In this document: piece after piece, positions 8,549 through 16,508 of the stretch
Layout: each line of letters begins with the position of its first letter
Position numbering within the stretch: position 1 is the first letter of the stretch
Source: Patescibacteria group bacterium
GTDB taxonomy: Bacteria > Patescibacteriota > Gracilibacteria > Absconditabacterales > Absconditicoccaceae
Length of the DNA: 64,000 nt
Assembly: GCA_022705745.1 (NCBI GenBank)
Contig: JAKJDW010000004.1
Span: 3,614-67,613, forward strand
Direction of reading: 5' to 3'
Translations under genes and position numbers: made by a program
The notes under the pieces: generated by a model
Told to the model about the DNA's origin: nothing
The model's database searches: none
The model's input: only the letters and a program-made list of their open reading frames with translations

Positions 8549-9160
8549 ATGACTTGAGAAGAAATTACAACAAATGTGGTAGAAGCGTGAGAAGTTGTTC
8601 GCGCTGGAATGAGTGTTAGCACAATGGTACTTATTTTAGCTGGATTTTTGATTTTGTATTTTATTTTAAGGTATAATTCGTTGATAAGGCTTAGAAACAA
8701 CATCAAAAATTCTCTAGCTGATATTGATGTACAAATGAAAATGAGATTTGATTTGGTTGATAATCTTGTAAATACTGTAAAAGGTTATGCTGGACATGAA
8801 AAAGAAACTCTTGAAAATCTAACAAAGGCTAGAACAAATTTCTTGAATGCTAGTTCTATGAGTCAAAAACTTTCTGCTGATCAAGCGTTAAGTGGAGCTT
8901 TGAAAAGTTTGTTTGCTGTATCAGAAAATTATCCAGACCTAAAAGCTAATCAGAACTTTTTGCAATTACAATCAGAACTATCAGATATAGAAAACAAAAT
9001 CGCCGCAAGTAGAAGATTCTTCAATTCTACTGTAAATGAATACAATTCATCTATAGAAACTTTCCCTACAAACATTGTTGCTAAATTGTTTGGGTTTAGG
9101 CGTGAAGAGTTTTTCGCTACAGCAGAAGTAGAAAAAGCAGTTCCAAAAGTTCAGTTCTAA
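8549..9160 (+). CDS. lemA: LemA family protein (alternative start 8609)
   Basis: ...MVLILAGFLILYFILRYNSLIRLRNNIKNSLADIDVQMKMRFDLVDNLVNTVKGYAGHEKETLENLTKARTN...YPDLKANQNFLQLQSELSDIENKIAASRRFFNSTVNEYNSSIETFPTNIVAKLFGF is the LemA signature. Confidence 0.85.
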
Positions 9161-9164
9161 GTGA

Positions 9165-9535
9165 GTAGAAAGTTACGGCAAGTTTGTAAAGTTACAAATT
9201 ATTAATCTTTATAAACTTTACGACAAAAAAGTTCTTCCCTTGCGAAGCGAAGCGGAGTCCCGATGTATCGGGAGAGGGAAGTTGCTCTATCGTAGTTGGG
9301 GGTTGTTGGGGTAAAACCCCCACCTACCCGCCCGTAGCCCCGCAATACTGCGGGGCGGGGCGGGGGAGAACAACCTCCCCAAGGGGAGGAATTTTATCTC
9401 CAAACTTTACTAATCTGTTTGTCCACAGAATTGCAGGACTATACAATATTAGAATTTTTTTCTTTCCTACCACTCGCTCCGTAGGACTACGGGACGGGTG
9501 GTAGGGGATGCAACTTTTAAACTTAATAAACAACT
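9165..9535. repeat. Composite cluster R1: AT-rich word repeats followed by nested GC-rich palindromic modules
   Basis: gtttgtaaagttacaa...ataaactttac, then cttcccttgcgaagcgaagcggag[TCCCGATGTATCGGGA]gagggaag, ctctatcGTAGttggggg[ttgttggg]gtaaaacccccacc, cccGTAGccccgcaatactgcggggcggggcggggg, cctccccaaggggagg, ctaccactcgctccgtaggactacgggacgggtggtag. Confidence 0.9.
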
Positions 9536-9538
9536 GGG

Positions 9539-10477
9539 ATGCCAAAATGAATTTATAGTTCTATTCATCAAAACAGATTTAGGAGTCTTTGTTTATTAAT
9601 ACTATTCCCTGTATTATTGTTTTTGATTACAAACATAATTTTGACTTTTTCATTTATGGATAGCTCTGAATGAATATATTTTCTTCAATCACGAAAAATG
9701 GCTTTGTATGAAACGAATAACATTTTCTTGTTACTATGACCAATCATAGTAATTTGGTGAGTTGTTTCTTTCTTTTTTCATAGACAAATCATATTTAAAT
9801 TTGCTTGAGCAAAACCTATCACAAGGAAAGAAAATCCAGAAATTTACAATATTGTAGAAAATTTATGTATCTCCAAATGACTAGCCACACCAAAAATATG
9901 AATAATAGAAGATGATAGTTTAAATGCTTTTGCGACTTGATGGAATGTCAAAAATTGATGGATAGTTTTTTCTAGATGAATTTTAAATAAATTAAACAAA
10001 TCTGAAATAGAAGCAGTTGCATGACATGAACTAACGCACATTTTGAACAAAGATTCTTTGATGATGATAATTATAGTTGTTTTTGTGTGAATTATTGGGA
10101 CATTGGGACAGGTTTTGATTAGATATTCTGGAAGATCTAGAAATGAAAAATGAGGAAATATACTGCCTTTGATATGATTGTGATTGTTGTTATTGTGATA
10201 TTTAATCTACCCTTTGATTAGGCTGGCACTTTCTCGTAAAAGAGAATATTTGGCTGATGCTGGTAGTGTTGAGTTAACAAAAGATAAGTATGCTATGATT
10301 AGTGCTTTACAAAAAATAAGCGAAAACCCTGTGATAGAGTCTATCCAAAAAGATACCGTAGCAGCTATGTGTATAGAAAACCCATTTTCAAAAGCAAAGT
10401 CTACTAGTTTTTTTAGCAAACTATTATCTACTCATCCTAGTATAGAAGATAGGATCAAAATGCTGAGTAGTTATTAA
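9539..10477 (+). CDS. htpX: M48-family zinc metalloprotease HtpX
   Basis: 312 aa: MPKGIYSSIHQNRFRSLCLLILFPVLLFLITNIIL...FKFAGAKPITRKENPEIYNIVENLCISKGLATPKIGIIEDDSLNAFATGWNVKNGWIVFSRGILNKLNKSEIEAVAGHELTHILNKD...YLADAGSVELT...THPSIEDRIKMLSSY. HExxH motif is HELTH. Confidence 0.85.
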
Positions 10478-10483
10478 AATAAG

Positions 10484-10835
10484 GATGAATACGAACTTCG
10501 TTCGTGATAAGATGATGAAACTTGCCCCGCTTAGCGGAGTGAATGTTAAAGTGATAAAATGATAAAGTGATAAAATGTTAAAATGATAAAATGATAAAGT
10601 GATAAAATGATAAAGTGATAAAATGTTAAAATGATAAAGTGATAAAATGTTAAAATGATAAAATGATAAAGTGATAAAATGTTAAAATGATAAAATGATA
10701 AAGTGATAAAATGTTAAAGTGATAAAACTTGCCCCGCTAAGCGGGGTGAATGTTGAAATGCTAAATGCTTGTCCCGCTTAGCGGGGTGAATGATGAGGTG
10801 ATAAATGCCTGTCAATAAGCAGGGTTCCTTGTTTT
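10484..10835. repeat. Composite cluster R2: three CTTGCCCCGCTTAGCGGGGTGAATG-type hairpins bracketing an 8-nt microsatellite
   Basis: aaacttgccccgcttagcggagtgaatg (about 10518-10545), aaacttgccccgctaagcggggtgaatg (about 10724-10751), atgcttgtcccgcttagcggggtgaatg (about 10766-10793), and gcctgtcaataagcagggt. Confidence 0.9.
10541..10728. repeat. 8-nt tandem repeat (TGATAAAA / TGATAAAG / TGTTAAAA), about 23 units
   Basis: Direct reading: gaatgttaaagtgataaaatgataaagtgataaaatgttaaaatgataaaatgataaagtg... uninterrupted for about 188 nt between two copies of the same GC hairpin. Confidence 0.95.
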
Positions 10836-10846
10836 AAGAAGATGCT

Positions 10847-11803
10847 TTATTTATCTTTACTACTGAAAATTTTTTTAGTAAGAATAATTAGCAAAATTAC
10901 TATTATCCCACCTCCAGCTACATAAAACCAGTTCCGTAAAATTAAAGTTTTGGAAAAAGATATTGTCCCGGGGCCGGTATATTCGGTTGTTTGGTCGATA
11001 TTTGTGATATGAAAATTATAATGTGGTTGATAATTTATATCTATTTTTATAGAAAAAAATCCTTTGTAGTCTGGTAAATTCAAGTTTTGAGTAGACAAAG
11101 ACTCTCTTTTGCCAGCTTCTAATAAAAAATCACTTATTTCAAAATATTCTGAATAGCCAAAAAAATTTGAAATAATTCCCGTAATATTGACGGATTGGTT
11201 TGTGTTTCATTGGTTTTCTAGATCTAAAACTATTCGGTTATGGATTTGATCTCAGGATAAGCTAAGCCTTTTAGCTTTGATTTTGGATTTTACTTTGACT
11301 CATCATACCAAAATATCAATACTATGCGACTTACTAAAAACTACTTTCATAGCTCCCAACGATTTATTTTCGTCTTGAATAGAATACAAGACACAACCAT
11401 GACTTATGCCTGAATATCATACAGGAAACTTGATTTTATAGCTTTGTTGTTTTTCGCTTTTGGCTGGTACTTCTAGGCTAAAATCTCATGGGAGGATATA
11501 TTGACCGAAATTTGGTTTAGCTTTATCTGGGTCCAAGCAAGCTCTATTTCCGTTTGGAGTAATAGCTCCATCCACAAAATTTATATTCAATTTAACATCA
11601 GACTCTGATTTGTTTTCAAAAATCATACAAATTTCGGTTTCTTTATCTGCTTGAGTGACGATATTCATCTCGTTATTTGGGATTTCTTGGCAAAATCTGG
11701 TATGAATATCCCCAATATTTTGTCCAACAGAAAAATACAGGAAACCAGTAGCGATGCTGATTGTAAAAAAAATGTTTTTAGCAATTTTTATTTTGTGTTT
11801 CAT
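10847..11803 (-). CDS. Cell-surface protein, paralog 1: signal peptide, beta-rich ectodomain, C-terminal TM anchor (DUF916/DUF3324-like architecture, tentative)
   Basis: 318 aa: MKHKIKIAKNIFFTISIATGFLYFSVGQ...RFCQEIPNNEMNIV...INFVDGAITPNGNRACLDPDKAKPNFGQYILPGDFSLEVPAKSEKQQSYKIKFPVGYSG...LPDYKGFFSIKIDINYQPHYNFHI...WFYVAGGGIIVILLIILTKKIFSSKDK. Confidence 0.7.
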
Positions 11804-11837
11804 TCAATATTGGTTTTGTATATGATAAGTTGTTTTC

Positions 11838-12875
11838 TTATTTCTCTTTTTCTACATAAAGTACTTTTTGTTTACCTTTTCTAGTTGCTAATATTATCAA
11901 TATAATAATCACTAATATTATAATCAAACTAACCCATGGAATTGCAAAATAAAAAGAAGAAATAGAAGTTTCTTTTTCTGCCAACACAGATTCATCTATC
12001 TTAAAGTTACTTATATCCAAATTAAAATGCGGTGCATGTTTTGCTGTAATATCAATATTAAACAATCATTTGTAATTTGGTAATTGACCAAAATTTAGAG
12101 GGAATATAAAAGTTTCGTTTACTTTGACCACTTCTCCTGTCGTAGAAAAATCTTTTTTGATTTTGAATATATTGGTCAAAGATCCCTGTAATTCTGTTTT
12201 TAGATCAATGTTTCCTTGGTTTTCAGCTCAAACTTCTATTATTAATTCATTATTTACTATCTCTTTTTTGAGTATTTTTAATTGTAAATCGTTTACTACT
12301 TCTCCGGGATCTCATACAAAATACTCCAAAAACATAGCCTTTCACACAATAATATTTATAGACCTATCTGTGTTCCCTGCATCTGCATTGGTGTAAAATA
12401 GGCATCATTCCTGTTTTCATTCTATTCACAAAGGAAATTGTATATTGAAGTTGTGTACAATATACTCTCAAGCTGGCACATCAAGTTGTATTTGTGGAGT
12501 GTCTATAAAAGAGCCAAAAACATTTTCCATAGTTTGATTACATGCTGTGTGTCAAGCATCTGTTACGCTTGTACTAAAAAATGAAAAATTTATTGTTACA
12601 TCGTTGGAAGTATCGTTTTGGGCTACTATACAAATTTTTCATTTTTCCATTTGTCATATAGTTCAGCTTACTTTGGTTGTCAAATCTTCTAATCAATTAT
12701 TGCAAAACCTCACATATACTCACCCTAATTTTGATCAAACTGAGTTTTGCATTTCTGTATCAGATTGAGAAATGGTTTCCCCTTCTCATCATGTAGGAGT
12801 AGTTTCAGATAAAGAGAATCCTGTGAATAATAAGCCAAAAATTACAAGACCAATCAAAGGTTTTTTTATAGACAT
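11838..12875 (-). CDS. Cell-surface protein, paralog 2 (same architecture as 10847-11803)
   Basis: 345 aa: MSIKKPLIGLVIFGLLFTGFSLSE...VRFCNNGLEDL...INFSFFSTSVTDAGHTACNQ...LPNYKGLFNIDITAKHAPHFNLDI...FAIPWVSLIIILVIIILIILATRKGKQKVLYVEKEK. Blocks RFC, INF..., LP.YKG.F.I.I...P.FN..I are shared with paralog 1. Confidence 0.7.
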
Positions 12876-13137
12876 TTCTTTTTTTTTAAAATTAAATAAA
12901 AAAAATTTTTGATAAGATCAATACAACTAAAATAGTTGATATTCTTTTGATACAAAATATCAATTAAATAACACAAAAAAACAACCAATTTAATTTTGGA
13001 ACAACAAACTATATTTACATTTTTTGTTTTTCTATCTTTTGGCACAATAAGAGATTCTAGTAAGTAAGCGAGTTTATCAAAGAATATGTAAATATATACT
13101 ATTTTTTGTTTTTTTTATAAAAAAAGTGCCCAAAAAT

Positions 13138-13165
13138 TTGCAAAATAAAAAAAAACAATTATAAT
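13138..13165 (+). promoter_or_regulatory. Sigma-70-like promoter TTGCAA-16-TATAAT upstream of the surface-protein gene, lying outside the left inverted repeat
   Basis: TTGCAA at 13138-13143 and TATAAT at 13160-13165, with a 16-nt A-rich spacer. The same hexamer pair occurs at the putative sRNA promoters 16404 and 17116. Confidence 0.5.
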
Positions 13166-13211
13166 TGTATTGGCGAAAATAGATGAAGACGGTCTTTAAT
13201 AGTCAAATATT

Positions 13212-13235
13212 CTATGTTATATTATGTGGCCTAGG
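13212..13235. repeat. Left arm of a 24-bp inverted repeat bracketing gene 13265-13822
   Basis: ctatgttatattatgtggcctagg. The reverse complement of 13885-13908 is ctatattatattatgtggcctagg. 23/24 identical, with a 19-nt perfect core ttatattatgtggcctagg. Confidence 0.9.
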
Positions 13236-13264
13236 GCATATTTTATATTGTTACAAATAAAAAA

Positions 13265-13822
13265 ATGAAAAAAATATACAAATTATGAGCCCTTATAGTG
13301 GCTCTTTTTGCACTTGGTTTTATAACATTAAGTGTTCAAGATGCTCAAGCTGCTGATAAAGAGGTTAGCTTAAGTATTACAGCAGGAAGTAATACTTGTA
13401 CTTTTGGTAATTATAATCCAATGACATCTCCAGCTTCTTATACTACTGGAGTTGTGGTGTCTAATCAACCAAGTTACGAATGTATTTTACTAGCAGGTCA
13501 ACAAGATTGATGACAAGCTAATACAGTAACTGTTCAATCAACTAATCTAACAGGTTCTTGGACTGGAGCAACACATCGTATTCCTGCTGCAAATGTAAAA
13601 CTTAAGCATGTTAACGCTCCAATAGTTAGGTCATGAGCTTGCCAAATAACTACTTACTTATCAACTGGATATACAAATGTTGCAAGTACACAGACTTTGA
13701 TAAAAAAAGATGAGCTTACAATATGTACTATTGGCTCTTCAACTCAAATACAAATTACAATTCCTGCAAGCTTACCAGTAGGAACTTATAGTGGATATAT
13801 GATATTTACAGAGCCTGCTTAA
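13265..13822 (+). CDS. Small secreted beta-rich surface protein (185 aa; WxL/SCPU-like C-terminus, tentative)
   Basis: MKKIYKLGALIVALFALGFITLSVQDAQAADKEVSLSITAGSNTCTFGNYNP...QQDGGQANTVTVQSTNLTGSWTGATHRIPAANVKLK...IQITIPASLPVGTYSGYMIFTEPA. Signal peptide with an AQA cleavage site. Confidence 0.75.
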
Positions 13823-13884
13823 TTTAATAAAAAAACAAACAAAAGTCTAGGTTAATAAAAATCTAATAGTTTAGATTATTTTAT

Positions 13885-13908
13885 CCTAGGCCACATAATA
13901 TAATATAG
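13885..13908. repeat. Right arm of the 24-bp inverted repeat bracketing gene 13265-13822
   Basis: cctaggccacataatataatatag, the reverse complement of the left arm with one mismatch. Confidence 0.9.
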
Positions 13909-14029
13909 CCAATCTAAATTATGGCATCGTTCGTTATTTGAAAATATAAAACTCTATGTGTATGCCATTTCTTGTTCTTTATATATCCCAAACTTAGACT
14001 TTTTACATAAAAACATTTGCTTTTTGAGA

Positions 14030-14058
14030 AATAATCAATATCAATTGTATTGATTATT
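14030..14058. promoter_or_regulatory. Perfect 11-bp inverted repeat (AATAATCAATA-N7-TATTGATTATT) upstream of gene 14091; candidate operator
   Basis: aataatcaata tcaattg tattgattatt read directly. It lies 33 nt upstream of the ATG at 14091. Confidence 0.35.
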
Positions 14059-14090
14059 TTTTTTTGATTTTAAAAAATTCATTTTTTGTG

Positions 14091-14645
14091 ATGAAAAAAC
14101 TGGCTTTATTTGTACTCTTATACTTCTTTGTTTTTTTTGCTATCGTCTTGGCTCAAGCCCAAACAACAAAAGAGGTTCAGCTAACTGTTTTGAAATACGG
14201 CTTAGTAATTTGAACTCCTGCCAATCTAAATTTAGGAAATGTTACCGCATGATCCCAGATAGAAAAGACTTTTGATGGTCATTTTTGGGTAGAAGATTTT
14301 AGAAAATGATATGGGACTGGGTATTACACCACAATCCAATGTGATGGACTATATTGACCCGATGATTTTGTGATTACCTGAATGCTATTGAAATGAAATT
14401 TTATAGAGATTCTAGAATGAGATGAATGAGAAGAGGAGTTGATACACTCCTATTTGGATTCTTGGAAAGATATTACCCAGCCACAACTCTATTTCTACAA
14501 AAATAGCAGTACTCCACAAAGCTCTAATGGTCGGAAATATTGAAGCAAGCCATCCATCAATGTTTCCATACCAAGTGATGCGCCAGCTGGTGATTATAAA
14601 TGAAGAATCACATACACACTCTATGATATGAGTTTTGATTCCTAA
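14091..14645 (+). CDS. Small secreted surface protein (184 aa; WxL-domain-like, tentative)
   Basis: MKKLALFVLLYFFVFFAIVLAQAQTTKEVQLTVLKYGLVIGTPANLNLGNVTAGSQIEKTFDGHFWVEDFRKGYGTGYYTTIQCDGLYGPDDFVITG...IPSDAPAGDYKGRITYTLYDMSFDS. The blocks W.EDFRG..G.GYY and GDYKG.ITYTL resemble WxL proteins. Confidence 0.7.
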
Positions 14646-14661
14646 TTGACTAGACATAAAA

Positions 14662-14691
14662 AAATCCGAAAAAAATTTCGGGATTTTTTTT
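14662..14691 (+). terminator. Rho-independent terminator after gene 14091-14645
   Basis: aatccgaaa-aaaa-tttcgggatt followed by a T run (ggatttttttttat). Confidence 0.6.
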
Positions 14692-14735
14692 ATATAGCAT
14701 TTTTTGTATGCTTTAATCAAATTTTTTTATTCTAA

Positions 14736-15115
14736 GGTGCTGTTCTTGCAACCCCGCTTGTGGAAATTTTTAAGCTACAGGTAGGAGAAACAGCAAATTG
14801 TCTCCCTTTATCAAAGGGAGCTGGTCTCCCCCGCTGAATAGCGGGGGTAGAGGGATTTATATACAGCTTGTCATTTCGACTAAGTGAACGAAGTGAACAC
14901 ACGGAGACAAAGAAATCCTTCCCTCGGGGGAAGCTGTTCTAATGTAGTTGGGGGTAAAACCCCCACCTAGCTACACAAACAACCTCCCCCAAGGGAGGAA
15001 CTTTTGTCACAACAAACTGTCTCCCTTCATAGAAGGTAGCTGCTCTCCCCGCCCCGCTTAAACAGCGGGGCAGAATTGCGGGGATAGAGGGATTTAACAT
15101 CCTCCCATTTCTTGC
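14736..15115. repeat. Composite cluster R3 of GC-rich palindromic modules
   Basis: ttgtctccctttatcaaagggagctggtct, cccccgctgaatagcggggGTAGagggatttatataca, gtcatttcgactaagtgaacgaagtgaac, cttccctcgggggaagctgttctaatGTAGttgggggtaaaacccccacctagctac, cctcccccaagggagg, ctgtctcccttcatagaaggtagctgctct, ccccgcttaaacagcgggg, cagaattgcgggg. Confidence 0.95.
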
Positions 15116-15173
15116 AATATAAATAAATCTATAGACTTATAAAAAACAAAAAAATCTCCCCAAAGGAAGACTC

Positions 15174-15392
15174 TTATAGGCTATTTCGTTCATCTACTGA
15201 AATTCAGATATATTCAATTATACAATTTACAACTCATCTTGAAATATCTTTTCATCAATGATTTGGGAATGGAACTCTATATCCATCTTTCATCATAAAC
15301 ATATGTTTTCATCACACATAAGGTCATTCAAATCAAAGTTTTCTTAATTTCTTCACCAATTCTCTAGCATTAATAGGTGTAACTTTAGGCAT
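15174..15392 (-). CDS. hicA: Type II toxin HicA (mRNA interferase)
   Basis: MPKVTPINARELVKKLRKLGFEGPYVGGKHMFMMKDGYRVPFPNHGGKDISRGVVNCIIEYIGISVDERNSL matches the HicA pattern (..el.k.L...GF......GSH..f...g..v.vP.H.gkdi..G.l..il...gi). The ATG overlaps the hicB stop (TATGCCTAA). Confidence 0.85.
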
Positions 15393-15624
15393 AACCAAAC
15401 TCTTTATTCATAGTAAAATCCTTTTTTAAGTCTATTTTCCCATTTTTAATATCATCTATCATCAATGTTTCTATTAAATTGATCATATTTCATCTTGCAT
15501 CCTCAAAACTATCTCATTGAGTAAAATATCATGGTTTATTTGGGATTTTTGCAATAACCACTCAATCTTCATCTTTGTAATATACTGTTTGGTCTAATAA
15601 GGAATGAATATAATTTGTGAACAT
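15385..15624 (-). CDS. hicB: Type II antitoxin HicB (UPF0150-like)
   Basis: MFTNYIHSLLDQTVYYKDEDGVVIAKIPNKPGYFTQGDSFEDARGNMINLIETLMIDDIKNGKIDLKKDFTMNKEFGYA. HicB-like block y.a.iP..pG..tQGdt.eEA..n. It lies directly upstream of and overlaps hicA. Confidence 0.8.
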
Positions 15625-15721
15625 TTTCCCATTAGTTACTGGATAAAACTAATCCAATTATAAACATAAAAGCTATTTTTTCAAGCTGAAAATAAATCTT
15701 TGAATCAATGAACAAATTTCA

Positions 15722-16345
15722 GTTGTATTTGTCATTTCGACTAAGTGAACGAAGTGAACGCACGGAGACAAAGAAATCCTTCCCTCGGGGGAAGTTGCTC
15801 TAGTGTAGTTGGGGGTAAAACCCCCACCTAGCTACGCAAACAACCTCCCCCAAGGGAGGAACTTTTGTCACAACAAACTGTCTCCCTTCATAGAAGGTAG
15901 CTGCTCTCCCCCGCTGAATAGCGGGGGTAGAGGGATTTATATACAACTGTCATTTCGACTAAGTGAACGCACAGAGAAATCTCTTTACAAAAAATGTCTC
16001 CCTTTATCAAAGGGAGTTGTTCTAATGCTGCGCCCCGCAGAATTGCGGGGGTAGAGGGATTTATATACAACTGTCATTTCGACTAAGTGAACGAAGTGAA
16101 CGCACGGAGAAATCTCTTTACAAAAAATGTCTCCCTTTATCAAAGGGAGTTGTTCTAATGTAGAGGGATTTATATACAGCTTGTCATTTCGACTAAGTGA
16201 ACGCACGGAAAAATCCACTTTTAACAAACTGTCTCCCTTTCGCGAAACAAAGTGGAGTCCTCTCCCGATATATCGGGATCTCACTTTGTTCGAGATCTAT
16301 CGGGACAAAGGGAGGTGACAATTTTCCCCCACCCTTTTTCCTTTT
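15722..16345. repeat. Composite cluster R4 of GC-rich palindromic modules, including about 125-bp tandem units and a three-level nested hairpin
   Basis: Starts with a 181-bp copy of the R3 segment (15731-15912). Then come repeated units GTAGagggatttatatacaactgtcatttcgactaagtgaacg(aagtgaacg)cacggagaaatctctttacaaaaaatgtctccctttatcaaagggagttgttctaatg. The nested element is at 16229-16316. Confidence 0.95.
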
Positions 16346-16403
16346 CCCACATACCACCAAAATAATACTTTTCAACAGATGGCAGAAAGATCTCCATTTT
16401 TAT

Positions 16404-16431
16404 TTGCAATTTAATTTTTTTTAGTTATAAT
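16404..16431 (+). promoter_or_regulatory. Promoter TTGCAA-16-TATAAT of candidate sRNA copy A
   Basis: TTGCAA at 16404-16409 and TATAAT at 16426-16431, inside a 42-nt block (atctccatttttatttgcaatttaattttttttagttataat) identical to 17103-17143. Confidence 0.55.
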
Positions 16432-16437
16432 CATCTC

Positions 16438-16497
16438 TGTATCAATATAGAGAAGGGATCCGAAAAGTGTTAGTGCTTTAGGTACCTTCTTTTTTTT
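16438..16497 (+). ncRNA. Candidate about 60-nt small RNA (copy A), convergent with the 3' end of NYN gene A
   Basis: Long stem-loop gagaagggatccgaaaag-TGTTAGTG-ctttaggtaccttct followed by T8. The loop and inner stem are conserved with copy B, while the outer stem differs but stays complementary. Confidence 0.45.
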
Positions 16498-16508
16498 GTT
16501 CAGAAATT

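Noticed and set aside
15900-16200. Possible CRISPR array, given regularly spaced ~125-bp units containing palindromic repeats
   Set aside because: The sequences between the palindromes are themselves repeated modules found at other loci, so there are no unique spacers. Unit lengths and composition vary, the repeats are nested, and no cas genes or leader are present in the window.
14736-16345. Repeat clusters as integron attC sites, with hicAB as a gene cassette
   Set aside because: No integrase is present. I could not find consistent R''/R' core sites (RYYYAAC / GTTRRRY) at the cluster boundaries, and the clusters are multi-hairpin arrays rather than single bipartite attC palindromes. I keep this only as a loose analogy.
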